In this document: positions 35,012 to 43,733 of the stretch, one piece after another
How positions within the stretch are numbered: position 1 is the stretch's first letter
Layout: each line of letters begins with the position of its first letter
Sequence record: PZ445451.1
DNA from: a phage
Reading direction: 5' to 3' (one strand)
DNA: 64,000 nt
Notes under the pieces: model-generated
Seen by the model: only the letters and a program-made list of their open reading frames with translations
What the model was told of the DNA's origin: nothing
Databases searched by the model: none
Position numbers and translations under genes: made by a program

Positions 35012-35222
35012 AACGCACTTTATACATCCGTTTGATCCAAGGAACAAGGCGGTTATACACCGCCGTTGGACTGAAACGCGCATTACAAAATGTCCTGTGC
35101 CAGCAGCACAGGAATATAACAAAACATATAAAGCAGAATTTGTGGAGTACACCTTTGTAAATAACAAAGGGAAGGAGGTTTATGTTCCAGAATACTGCCT
35201 TTGGATAAAATGGGAGGAATAA
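35004..35222 (+). CDS. Hypothetical protein (72 aa)
   Basis: Track ORF. Confidence 0.5.
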   Translation: MSKTHFIHPFDPRNKAVIHRRWTETRITKCPVPAAQEYNKTYKAEFVEYTFVNNKGKEVYVPEYCLWIKWEE

Positions 35223-35389
35223 TGCAAACATTTTTTATCGACAAGTTCAATAAAAATATGAACACGTGGATGGCAACATTCACTATGCAATTTGCATCGT
35301 TTAAAGAAGCTCAAGAATGGTGCGATCAACACAAGGATTTTGACTTTTACTATCAAATCAATCCGAATCTCTCTCCAGAGGAGAAATAA
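35222..35389 (+). CDS. Hypothetical protein (55 aa)
   Basis: Track ORF; start moved to MQTFFIDKF (GGGAGGAA SD). Confidence 0.45.
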   Translation: MQTFFIDKFNKNMNTWMATFTMQFASFKEAQEWCDQHKDFDFYYQINPNLSPEEK

Positions 35390-35390
35390 T

Positions 35391-35735
35391 ATGTTGGCTG
35401 ATATTGAAATCCTTATGTACCGACAAGGTATGATCAAAATGTGGCTAGATTCTTTTAGCAACATATACTGCACAGTACGATCAGCAGACGAGCGTAAAAC
35501 GCTTATTTTATCTGCTATTGTTGATAAACAACGTTTCTTCAAAGAAATTTTGCAAACAGGCTTCTCCGATGCAGGAGTAGAGATTGCAACGCTTAGTCTT
35601 GGAGTGCTGTCTTACTTGGAATCCGTTGTTTTATATGTCTTCTCTTTAGAAGAACACTTGCAATTTGAAGCATTAAAACTTATCTTAGATGCTGCAATTG
35701 ACATAGAACAAAATCGAATTGATTCTTTTGAATAA
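35391..35735 (+). CDS. Hypothetical protein (114 aa)
   Basis: Track ORF; start moved to MLADIEIL (GAGGAGAAA SD). Confidence 0.5.
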   Translation: MLADIEILMYRQGMIKMWLDSFSNIYCTVRSADERKTLILSAIVDKQRFFKEILQTGFSDAGVEIATLSLGVLSYLESVVLYVFSLEEHLQFEALKLILDAAIDIEQNRIDSFE

Positions 35736-35751
35736 AAATAAGGAGGAAACT

Positions 35752-36210
35752 ATGCAAGAGGTTAAACATTATCCACATGGTCGTAGTTTTGTAGCTGTAT
35801 GGCATGTTCCTGCTCGTAATGAACTATTTTGTGCATCTTTTCATTACAAAGATGGACAATATTTCACCTATGACGAGACGATGGATGATTTTATCCCAGA
35901 GTGCGATCATGGGTATACACCAATGTTCTTTAAACGTATGAAAGCTCGTTTCTTCGTTACAGATGTTGATGGTGAACCTACTTGGCACATCGAAGAAGAT
36001 TGGCAAGATTCTGTGGATATTAAAGAAGCCCCAGAATGGGCTACATTACTGGTACACGTCAAAACCCCTACTCTTGACGTTATGGCGTGGGTTAATCATG
36101 ATGATACCCATTACCAATACATAAATGGTAGCACAGAGATTTCTGGTGAGATTATTGGTCGTTGGAAGCCTACGAATCAGGTTGCTATTGTCGGGTATAA
36201 GACAGTATAA
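35752..36210 (+). CDS. Hypothetical protein (152 aa)
   Basis: Track ORF; start moved to MQEVKHYP (AAGGAGGAA SD). Confidence 0.55.
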   Translation: MQEVKHYPHGRSFVAVWHVPARNELFCASFHYKDGQYFTYDETMDDFIPECDHGYTPMFFKRMKARFFVTDVDGEPTWHIEEDWQDSVDIKEAPEWATLLVHVKTPTLDVMAWVNHDDTHYQYINGSTEISGEIIGRWKPTNQVAIVGYKTV

Positions 36211-36211
36211 T

Positions 36212-36406
36212 ATGAAAAAGAGTGTAGATTGGGATGATTTATCCGATTTTGAAAAATGGTTCTTAGGTAGTGGTTGTTATGCAGATGGGGATCTCGAAAG
36301 AGATCCTTCTGGAAACTACACTATGCCATTAACCCAAGGTTTTTATGAGTGCTGGTGCGCAGCACAAAACAACGTACTGAATAAGGAGACAACACAATGC
36401 AATTAA
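36212..36406 (+). CDS. Hypothetical protein (64 aa)
   Basis: Track ORF; start moved to MKKSVDWDD to remove overlap with upstream gene. Confidence 0.45.
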   Translation: MKKSVDWDDLSDFEKWFLGSGCYADGDLERDPSGNYTMPLTQGFYECWCAAQNNVLNKETTQCN

Positions 36407-36636
36407 ACATCGGACAACCAATTTTTGATGCAGATACTGGTCAATATGCAGTGATTGTTGCTCGTATGAGCGGTGATGACCTTATTGTTTCAGAACTACT
36501 CGGATCCGATCCGCAACTGCGCGTAGTATGTGACCTATATCTTCGAGACGAAAGTGATCGCATTGCACTGAAAGAAGATGGTATGCTCTACTACACCTGG
36601 ACTAGAGATCCTGGGGTAACGGAGGTAGAGGTATAA
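36397..36636 (+). CDS. Hypothetical protein (79 aa)
   Basis: Track ORF. Confidence 0.5.
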   Translation: MQLNIGQPIFDADTGQYAVIVARMSGDDLIVSELLGSDPQLRVVCDLYLRDESDRIALKEDGMLYYTWTRDPGVTEVEV

Positions 36637-36935
36637 TGGTAAGGAATAGGGGTTTACATAAAAGAAGACACCTTACTTACTGGCATCGTAAAGTACATGA
36701 ACCTGTATCAAAGAAAGAATGGCAATATCTGCCTTATGGGAAGGAGCGAAGAAAGTATTTGTTAGCTCATTTAAGGGTACATGGTTCTCTTCCTGTTAAC
36801 AGTAAGTGGCAATTGCAAACAGCTTATGACGAAGATATGAAATATCTGTTAAAGAGAGGCATTATTTGCCTTGTTAAGATTGGACGATGGAAATCTCGTC
36901 AATCTTATATCGTACTTAAACAGGAGAAACGATGA
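36636..36935 (+). CDS. Hypothetical basic protein (99 aa)
   Basis: Track ORF. Confidence 0.5.
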   Translation: MVRNRGLHKRRHLTYWHRKVHEPVSKKEWQYLPYGKERRKYLLAHLRVHGSLPVNSKWQLQTAYDEDMKYLLKRGIICLVKIGRWKSRQSYIVLKQEKR

Positions 36936-37183
36936 ATATCAAAGATGTTGTAGCATACGTAGAAGATGAAGTTAAAAACCATACAAGTTTACTGAAAGTA
37001 ATGGTTGTGGTTAAAGATGGTATTGGACAAGTAAACGTACAACATGTCTTATCTGACACTGTATATAATGTGTTTGAATGTAAAGAAACACCTCATGGAG
37101 TACGTGTGGTTTATATTGATAACAATTTCAAAGAATGTGTGAGACATACCTTAGAAAATGAACTAAGGATCACAATCTTATGA
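36932..37183 (+). CDS. Hypothetical protein (83 aa); paralog of N-terminus of 30718 gene
   Basis: Track ORF. Confidence 0.5.
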   Translation: MNIKDVVAYVEDEVKNHTSLLKVMVVVKDGIGQVNVQHVLSDTVYNVFECKETPHGVRVVYIDNNFKECVRHTLENELRITIL

Positions 37184-37353
37184 GTTATTATGTTGTACCT
37201 TATGCCAATAAGTGGAGAGTAAGAGAAACTTGTTTTCTATTCTCCTGGTGGGCTACGTTCGGAGATGGTTGTGGGAATGATACAGGAAAGCCTGTAGAGT
37301 ACGACACAAAAGAAGAATGTGAACAGTGGATAAAATTAACACAAAGATGTTGA
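37180..37353 (+). CDS. Small Cys-containing protein (57 aa)
   Basis: Manual ORF (MSYYVVPYANKWRVRETCFLFSWWATFGDGCGND..); ATGA overlap with upstream stop. Confidence 0.35.
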   Translation: MSYYVVPYANKWRVRETCFLFSWWATFGDGCGNDTGKPVEYDTKEECEQWIKLTQRC

Positions 37354-37406
37354 CACGATCTTAACTTCTTGTTAGTATCAATGTGTACTAACGATAAGGA
37401 GGGTTT

Positions 37407-37631
37407 ATGAAGTCTGTAAACAAGTTGCAACAATTTTTGTTATCAACAGCAATCTTTTTGCTTTTGTTGATTGGTATTCTGTATGGTGCATCTAATTTGT
37501 ACAATCTACATAATGATGTAGAACAGAACAAAGAGAAGTGCATCATTCTGAAACACAAGAGACAAGCAGAAGATTTCTTAAAGAATAAGTGTTACAACTA
37601 CATTGATTATGAGGAGACAAACAATGATTAA
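37407..37631 (+). CDS. Small membrane-anchored protein (74 aa); paralog of 32698 gene
   Basis: Track ORF; AAGGAGGG SD. Confidence 0.5.
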   Translation: MKSVNKLQQFLLSTAIFLLLLIGILYGASNLYNLHNDVEQNKEKCIILKHKRQAEDFLKNKCYNYIDYEETNND

Positions 37632-37866
37632 AGAATTAGGTATGCGAGTATACAGTGAGTGGACTCCAAGCAATGGCCCAGGAGTTGTTGCAGCTAAATG
37701 TATCAATGGTCGTATTGAGTACCTGGAAGGGTATGAAGATAATGAAGAGTTAGTAGATTATGCTAAATCTTTTATTGAAGATGATACAGACTTTATTGTG
37801 TTATATGATACAGGAGAGTTAGAGTATGGATATGATGGAGATGGGGATATCTTTGAACTTCAATAA
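37624..37866 (+). CDS. Hypothetical acidic protein (80 aa)
   Basis: Track ORF; start moved to MIKELGMRVY. Confidence 0.5.
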   Translation: MIKELGMRVYSEWTPSNGPGVVAAKCINGRIEYLEGYEDNEELVDYAKSFIEDDTDFIVLYDTGELEYGYDGDGDIFELQ

Positions 37867-38073
37867 GAGTAGTAAGTAAGGTATAAAGAGTATATAGTTA
37901 GTTATAGAGTTAGTAACATTACATATACTCTTTCCATGTATAACATGGAATATTCTCTACCTCGCTATCGCTCGGTATATAAGATTAGGGTAGCATGTTT
38001 TTTACGAAAAGTAAAACTGTTTATACCGATTGATAGCAGGTTTTTAATAGATTCTATCTATGAGGAGTAGAAA

Positions 38074-38292
38074 GTGTACAAATTATATAAAGGAAAAGAT
38101 AAGTTTACGGGTAATACATCTGGTTTCTATGTAACACCACGTGGTGTTGCTGTGTTCGATTGGATCTCTGGTACGCCAGATCGTGAAATGATCTCTCTTG
38201 TAAAACTGTCAGAACAAGATTATACTTACGGTGACATTACAACATTCTATTCTCGTGCAGAAAATCCAAAACTGATTGCGGAGTGGGAATAA
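38074..38292 (+). CDS. Hypothetical protein (72 aa), GTG start
   Basis: Track ORF; GAGGAG SD before GTG. Confidence 0.5.
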   Translation: MYKLYKGKDKFTGNTSGFYVTPRGVAVFDWISGTPDREMISLVKLSEQDYTYGDITTFYSRAENPKLIAEWE

Positions 38293-38555
38293 TGGTTACA
38301 CGATATGATTTAGAGGTGTACAGCCAAGGTGCTGCTGGTCAATGTGATATTGTACCAGATCCAGAAGGAGACTATGTTCTTCTTGCTGATTACAACAAGC
38401 TAGAAGAAAGACTTCTGGCTGTGTATGCTAAAGAGAACAAAACAATCTGCCCTTATTGCAATGGAATGGGTTGGGTGGTTGCAGATGTTGGACAAATGTA
38501 TGAATGTGTACCGTGTAAAACCACAGGATTTATTGAAAAGGATACTGACAAATGA
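38292..38555 (+). CDS. Cys-rich hypothetical protein (87 aa); weak paralog of 32923 gene
   Basis: Track ORF; start moved to MVTRYDLEV (ATG 38292); CPYCNG..C..C motif. Confidence 0.5.
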   Translation: MVTRYDLEVYSQGAAGQCDIVPDPEGDYVLLADYNKLEERLLAVYAKENKTICPYCNGMGWVVADVGQMYECVPCKTTGFIEKDTDK

Positions 38556-38800
38556 CTGTAGCAGATAAAATGAGAGAACTGGCAGAAAACGCAGAACTTA
38601 ACAAAGCAAAAGAGAGTTTACAAAGCATCTACGCGTATATTGAAAGAGCAGCTAAAGATGGAGACAGAGAAGCTGCTATATACACGCTTTATCCAACTTT
38701 CGTAAAAGTTAGCTTGGATGCTGAAGGTTTTTCAACTTTTATTGATACAGAAACATCTCATTACGATGAAAACTTTACTCGAATAGTTATTCGATGGTAA
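38552..38800 (+). CDS. Hypothetical protein (82 aa)
   Basis: Track ORF. Confidence 0.5.
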   Translation: MTVADKMRELAENAELNKAKESLQSIYAYIERAAKDGDREAAIYTLYPTFVKVSLDAEGFSTFIDTETSHYDENFTRIVIRW

Positions 38801-38905
38801 ATTTCTGATATTTATGCGCCCTGGCTACCTGGGCGTAATAAATTCAGCTTATATTTGATCCGCGCCTTCGGCGCTTAGGCAAAGCCACGCCACACAGGAG
38901 AGTTT

Positions 38906-39316
38906 ATGTTCAAATGGTTAAAAGAGTTTCTAACATCTTTGGCAGAACCTAAGCAAGATGTTATTAAAAGCTCTATCACAGGAAAACCGCTTGTTATAGT
39001 TACAGGCGGCTTTGGTCATGGGTTTTCTCTTAAACAAACAGATATAGGTTTACAGGGATCTTTGATTAGTTTTAGAATCACCCAACTAGGAGATAATAGA
39101 CAAACAATCTTAGACCTTTTCAATGGGGAATTTGATGACTATTTATCTAAGAGTGGTAAAGAACGTCTGATCGAGCATATAAAACACCGCTATGAGCATG
39201 GTGGTTACTACTTAGATACAAAACGTAATGCACAAGGTGATCTTGACATAGTTCGTATAGCGTGGGATAATGAATTTAAAACTAAACTTGGTAAACTTCT
39301 GGAGGAGTTATGGTAA
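38906..39316 (+). CDS. Hypothetical protein (136 aa)
   Basis: Track ORF; GGAGAG SD. Confidence 0.55.
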   Translation: MFKWLKEFLTSLAEPKQDVIKSSITGKPLVIVTGGFGHGFSLKQTDIGLQGSLISFRITQLGDNRQTILDLFNGEFDDYLSKSGKERLIEHIKHRYEHGGYYLDTKRNAQGDLDIVRIAWDNEFKTKLGKLLEELW

Positions 39317-39492
39317 ATATTAAAACAGGTGATATTGTACGTCTTGCCAGTGAAGAAATGTTAATGACTGTAATGGTATCTACTTACGATACTTGCGAAG
39401 TGGTGTGGTTTGATGTTAATGAGCAACTACAGAAAGCTACATTTGATAAACGTATGCTTCGTAAAGTTGAAGAAGTGAAGGAGGAAGAATAA
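39310..39492 (+). CDS. Hypothetical protein (60 aa)
   Basis: Track ORF. Confidence 0.5.
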   Translation: MVNIKTGDIVRLASEEMLMTVMVSTYDTCEVVWFDVNEQLQKATFDKRMLRKVEEVKEEE

Positions 39493-39493
39493 T

Positions 39494-39706
39494 ATGGGAA
39501 TGTTGCTTCGTGTTTTTGTGTTTCTTATGTTCTGGATTATCGTTGGTAACGGTATTGTATTTTTGATTTTTCCTGAAGTGATGACAGGTAATGAAAATAA
39601 GGCAGTGCCTTACATTATGCTTATCGGTTACGGTATTGGTACACTTGGACTACTGTTTGCTGATTGGTTAATCAATACTTTGTTCTCTAAGTACAGGAAC
39701 AACTAA
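39494..39706 (+). CDS. Small membrane protein (70 aa)
   Basis: Track ORF; two hydrophobic helices. Confidence 0.5.
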   Translation: MGMLLRVFVFLMFWIIVGNGIVFLIFPEVMTGNENKAVPYIMLIGYGIGTLGLLFADWLINTLFSKYRNN

Positions 39707-39707
39707 T

Positions 39708-39980
39708 ATGTCGGAAAACTTACCTAATGTTTTCTTTTGTTTTGTAGATTGTGTTACACAAGAAATTATAGTTGACGAAGAAGGTATGTTTACTTATTTT
39801 GCATCTGAAGAAGAGGCAAAACTATCAGTTATGAAATGTATAAGCCAACTATCAGTACCTGCTGTCAACAGGTTCGGTATTGCACAGGTGTATAAAACAG
39901 TAACAGAGTTTACACCAGATCGAAAACTAACTTTTCTTAACGTTCACTTTGTTTGTAAGTTTAGTGAACTACGACATTAA
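39708..39980 (+). CDS. Hypothetical protein (90 aa)
   Basis: Track ORF. Confidence 0.5.
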   Translation: MSENLPNVFFCFVDCVTQEIIVDEEGMFTYFASEEEAKLSVMKCISQLSVPAVNRFGIAQVYKTVTEFTPDRKLTFLNVHFVCKFSELRH

Positions 39981-39993
39981 ATCAGGAGTAAAA

Positions 39994-40593
39994 ATGAAAG
40001 AATATTGGAGTGGTGAGAAGGGCTTACTAAAGCCAGGAATGCTTTTACGAGTAAAGAACATGTTGATCACACAAGATTACATAATGCCTAATCCTGGAGC
40101 ATTAGTAGAATTCCTTACTGCGCGAGATCAACCTGGGATTGGTGAAATGTGGATTGTAACGTGGATATCTCTCGATGGTAAATTGCGCGTTGCTCCTATT
40201 GACCCAAAACACTTAGAATCTCCTTACGCCAGTATTGATCCTCGGATCATAGATTTGGCTAGAGTTTATAAAGCTCGGACTGGTGTAGAATTAAATGTGG
40301 AAATTTTAAATCAATGTATTGACTTCTTACCGGAAAAAGTGCATAATGCTCAACAAGAAGGTAACGGTTTAGAAGTTGTTCTTCTTAATGATGGGATGTT
40401 CTCTGGTTTGGCATCCGTAGATTTTCCAATAACATTAAGATTGTTACCTGGAGAATATGTACTGGATGAAGATACTATTGCTATATCCTCTAAAATTTTA
40501 GAACTCATTCCAGGTGCAAGGTGTGTTGGTGATACATCTTCCTTGCTGTTTACTCTGAATGAAGAAGCCATTATAGTTAAAAAGGAGAAGTAA
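39994..40593 (+). CDS. Hypothetical protein (199 aa)
   Basis: Track ORF; start moved to MKEYWSGEKG (CAGGAG SD). Confidence 0.55.
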   Translation: MKEYWSGEKGLLKPGMLLRVKNMLITQDYIMPNPGALVEFLTARDQPGIGEMWIVTWISLDGKLRVAPIDPKHLESPYASIDPRIIDLARVYKARTGVELNVEILNQCIDFLPEKVHNAQQEGNGLEVVLLNDGMFSGLASVDFPITLRLLPGEYVLDEDTIAISSKILELIPGARCVGDTSSLLFTLNEEAIIVKKEK

Positions 40594-40698
40594 ATGATGA
40601 CGTTTATTGTTGGTGTTGTTGTTGGTTATTTTGGTCACAAGTACCAAGATGTTATCATCGATAAAGTTGACGAAGTAATCGAAAAATTTAAACACTAA
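40594..40698 (+). CDS. Small hydrophobic peptide (34 aa)
   Basis: Manual ORF (MMTFIVGVVVGYFGHKYQDV..); AAGGAGAAG SD. Confidence 0.3.
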   Translation: MMTFIVGVVVGYFGHKYQDVIIDKVDEVIEKFKH

Positions 40699-40748
40699 TT
40701 TTTAAAAGGCTGTACTGCTGTGCAGCCTATCTTTCAAAGGAGAGTAAA

Positions 40749-40922
40749 ATGTTCAAAGATACCCATTATAAATGTGTACATTGTGGTAAATCTTTTGGTG
40801 ATCACAAAGCTAAAACATTCAATTGTCCACGAAAAGGGCGAGGTAGCTTTAAAGGTTTTAATCCATCCCACGTTTATTCTCCCAACTACGAGAAACCAGA
40901 AGAAGAAAAATTTGTAATCTGA
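40749..40922 (+). CDS. Small zinc-ribbon-like protein (57 aa)
   Basis: Manual ORF MFKDTHYKCVHCGKSFGDHKAKTFNCPRKG.. with AAAGGAG SD; preferred over overlapping track ORF 40720..40917 in another frame. Confidence 0.45.
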   Translation: MFKDTHYKCVHCGKSFGDHKAKTFNCPRKGRGSFKGFNPSHVYSPNYEKPEEEKFVI

Positions 40923-40931
40923 GGAGGCAAT

Positions 40932-41219
40932 ATGGAACTAGTGCAAGAAGTTTATGAAAAACTGAAAGAAGAGAATCTTGATTGGCCTGAACATGCTCTT
41001 ATTGTCGTCAAAGATACTAATGGTGAAATAAAATTCTCAAGTGTAAGTGAAGATGATGTTGTTTTAAGTCCTACAGGATATTATATGAGAGGTGTTACGT
41101 GTCTATTCAACACCAAAGTGTATCCTGAAATTAAACTTAGTTACGGTGAACCTGATCATCCAGAAATCGTTACACGTAATGAATATGAAAATTATTATTT
41201 TGCTCGTGAAAGCAAATAA
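40932..41219 (+). CDS. Hypothetical protein (95 aa)
   Basis: Track ORF; GAGGAGG SD. Confidence 0.55.
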   Translation: MELVQEVYEKLKEENLDWPEHALIVVKDTNGEIKFSSVSEDDVVLSPTGYYMRGVTCLFNTKVYPEIKLSYGEPDHPEIVTRNEYENYYFARESK

Positions 41220-41227
41220 GGAAAACT

Positions 41228-41551
41228 ATGCAAAAAATAAACACTGGTTCTCGTCCTAAACAGAAGCAAACAAAAGCAAGGGTATCTTATGTTGACAACT
41301 CTTGTTATAATTTCAAAAATGTTAAAGAAGTTATCATTGATGAAAAAGAAGGTTTGATTCACATTTCATCTGAACGTTTGAAAGGTAGTGTTACTCTTCG
41401 TGAGAATGTATCTATACCTATGAAATTTGTGGCTACACTCTGTGTTGATAAACCAGATGTTGTTAACTACTATGTGTTCCGTGATAGTTGTATTTCATTA
41501 CATAATAAGATTTTTAAATCTTCGCACGTTAAAACAAAACACATTGTATAA
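41228..41551 (+). CDS. Hypothetical protein (107 aa)
   Basis: Track ORF. Confidence 0.55.
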   Translation: MQKINTGSRPKQKQTKARVSYVDNSCYNFKNVKEVIIDEKEGLIHISSERLKGSVTLRENVSIPMKFVATLCVDKPDVVNYYVFRDSCISLHNKIFKSSHVKTKHIV

Positions 41552-41556
41552 CACAT

Positions 41557-41580
41557 AAACCCGCTTCGGCGGGTTTTCTT
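41557..41580 (+). terminator. Rho-independent terminator (CCCGC-TTCG-GCGGG-TTTTCTT)
   Basis: Seen directly; same ~26-nt sequence as terminator at 15877. Confidence 0.7.
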
Positions 41581-41625
41581 GTATATGTGTTTTTATTTGT
41601 CTTAGCCTAAATAATAGGAGGTATT

Positions 41626-41847
41626 ATGTCTGTAGTTGTAGAAGGTAGTATTGGTTTCTTAGTAGATAACCCTCACCCTTTCGTGGTTAAGGTTCATATT
41701 CAAGAAAAGGTAAGCAACAATACGTGGTTGTGCTTGTTAGATAGTAAGATACACTCTTATACAGAGGTTTATCTTCATACTTGGCAAATTGGTACGATAA
41801 CAGCAGAGGATGAATTGATAATTGAATTATATGAACGAGATCTATAG
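41626..41847 (+). CDS. Hypothetical protein (73 aa)
   Basis: Track ORF; AGGAGG SD. Confidence 0.5.
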   Translation: MSVVVEGSIGFLVDNPHPFVVKVHIQEKVSNNTWLCLLDSKIHSYTEVYLHTWQIGTITAEDELIIELYERDL

Positions 41848-41926
41848 ATGACTTTACTAGAGAGTATCGTAGTGTTAATCATCTTTATCATTGTTGTCAT
41901 AGGATATTTTACAGAAGACTAAAATA

Positions 41927-41960
41927 AAGCCCCTAGAATCGCTTCTAGGGGCTTTTGTTT
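41927..41960 (+). terminator. Rho-independent terminator (AGCCCCTAGAA-TCGC-TTCTAGGGGCT-TTTGTTTG)
   Basis: Seen directly; end of plus-strand block. Confidence 0.65.
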
Positions 41961-42022
41961 GCATTAGATAGGGAAACGTATTACTAAAATAAAAAGTGCG
42001 TTAGAATTCGTTACAGGAGGTT

Positions 42023-42280
42023 TTAGGAATGCATAAAATCTTCTTCAGGGCAGGTTGAGAGATAAGAGATGCACGTTGGGACAACAACAACATTGTCTTT
42101 AAGGTTTTCAACCAAGCCTTTTGTAATCCCAGCCACTGCCCCGTTAATATCTGCTTGACGGATACCAAAGCCTTGTTGTGCGGATAGATAACAAAATCCC
42201 TCACCTTTCTGTTGATTGTTATTGAAGTAATAAACGTAGTGCATCATAAAATGGTCTTTAACGATTTGTTCTGTGGTCAT
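42023..42280 (-). CDS. Hypothetical protein (85 aa)
   Basis: Track ORF. Confidence 0.5.
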   Translation of the reverse strand: MTTEQIVKDHFMMHYVYYFNNNQQKGEGFCYLSAQQGFGIRQADINGAVAGITKGLVENLKDNVVVVPTCISYLSTCPEEDFMHS

Positions 42281-42286
42281 AATATT

Positions 42287-42312
42287 CTCCTATAAGAAAA
42301 GGGGCTTTCGCC
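42287..42312 (-). terminator. Rho-independent terminator (GGGGGCGAAAGCCCC-TTTTCTT on minus strand)
   Basis: Seen directly downstream of Sir2-like gene. Confidence 0.6.
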
Positions 42313-42324
42313 CCCTTGGTTAAG

Positions 42325-43137
42325 TTATTTAGTCAAATGATCTTCTATCATTTTTATGAAAGCAGGATTGCTAAAAGCATCTGCGGCCTTTTCTCGATAA
42401 ACAAAAACTCCTCTATCTTCGTAAAGAAGAGTTTCTTCGTAATTAATTCCTGGGTTAACAACAATCATTTTTGTACCCATACTAAGTGCAGGGAATAATT
42501 CCCAATTAAAATTGATAACTTGGTTTGAACATCCTACTACAACAACCAAATCTTGCATGGTCAAAGTATCAAACAAGTGAGCCATATCTGCATACAAAGG
42601 TGCAGCCTCACCAAAAAATACAACATTAGGCTTCACCCAGTTGTAATCATCTATGTTTATACTGTTGTAACCAATATCTACCAGTGTTTTGTAGTCCCCA
42701 GGATGCATACGGTAAACTACTTCAGGAAGATATCCGTGCACGTGGATAACAGAATCCCTGTCTACACCTGCTCGCTCTAGTAGATCATCAACGTTTGTTG
42801 TCAAGTTTACTACTTGGTTAGGATATTCCTTAAACCACTTTGCTATTTGAATATGTGCAGCATTAGGTTGTACATCTTTAAGCTCAACACGTCTTTTGTT
42901 ATAAAATTCGTGTGTTTTGGCATACAAATCCATACCGTTTTCGTCTACACCACCAACCACTGGAAGATCTGGTGATGTTCTCACACGATAACCTGCTTGG
43001 AAAGCTCCAATATCGCAGATCTCTTCTAAATCCCATTCTTCCCATAGGGCACGACCACTATCTGTGTCTGTTCGGAATGTTCGAATCCCACTGTCTGCAC
43101 TTAAACCAGCTCCACTAACAAAAATTACTCTTCGCAT
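42325..43137 (-). CDS. Sir2-family (sirtuin-like) NAD-dependent deacylase/ADP-ribosyltransferase, zinc-less
   Basis: Track ORF; VIFVSGAGLSADSGIRTFR (GAGIS..SGIP.FR), TTNVDDLLERAG (QN.D.LH..AG), IHVHG (catalytic His), KPNVVFFGE, VVVGCS; no CxxC zinc ribbon between HG and FGE. Confidence 0.75.
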   Translation of the reverse strand: MRRVIFVSGAGLSADSGIRTFRTDTDSGRALWEEWDLEEICDIGAFQAGYRVRTSPDLPVVGGVDENGMDLYAKTHEFYNKRRVELKDVQPNAAHIQIAKWFKEYPNQVVNLTTNVDDLLERAGVDRDSVIHVHGYLPEVVYRMHPGDYKTLVDIGYNSINIDDYNWVKPNVVFFGEAAPLYADMAHLFDTLTMQDLVVVVGCSNQVINFNWELFPALSMGTKMIVVNPGINYEETLLYEDRGVFVYREKAADAFSNPAFIKMIEDHLTK

Positions 43138-43694
43138 TCAATATCCTCTTCGTAATCATCATCCCAAGAAGATGCGTCGTAACGCTCTTCCTCTTCGAAA
43201 TCCCAGTTAATTTCTACCCCAAAATCTAAAAACAATTTAACAATGTTTTCTGTAGAGTAGTATTTATCATAAGCATTAGCTAGTTCCCAATACTTATCAC
43301 TCAATTTTTTATAAGTAGGATCATTATAGTCATAATCTACTTTATAACTATAGTCATACATCTCTTGTTCAGCTTTAAGCATAGCTTCTGGTGTAAGAAG
43401 ATTAGGGGACGGACGATTTCTTTCTTTTAACTTAGAAGCGATCCAGTTTGCAACATTCGCCACTTCACCATCTCGATTATCACCTAAACAACTTGCATAA
43501 TCTCCATCTTCGTAAGTGCCTAAATCCCCATTTACTTCATGTACAATAGATGAATACGATCCACACGTTTCACAATCTGAAAAAGTGTCTACTGTTGTAA
43601 TATCAATAGATAAAACTGGTAAAGCCATAGCTTCTTTCACACAAGCCTCCTCATATAATAACATATCATCAAAACCCATATATCCTCCACACAA
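43125..43694 (-). CDS. Hypothetical acidic protein (189 aa)
   Basis: Track ORF. Confidence 0.5.
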   Translation of the reverse strand: MCGGYMGFDDMLLYEEACVKEAMALPVLSIDITTVDTFSDCETCGSYSSIVHEVNGDLGTYEDGDYASCLGDNRDGEVANVANWIASKLKERNRPSPNLLTPEAMLKAEQEMYDYSYKVDYDYNDPTYKKLSDKYWELANAYDKYYSTENIVKLFLDFGVEINWDFEEEERYDASSWDDDYEEDIECEE

Positions 43695-43733
43695 ATAAAG
43701 CCCCTGATTGGGGCTTTGGTTAAGTTTTACGGA

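Noticed and set aside
40720-40917. Track ORF of 65 aa
   Set aside because: An overlapping frame (40749..40922) has a strong AAAGGAG ribosome-binding site and encodes a CxxC zinc-ribbon-like protein, which is more plausible
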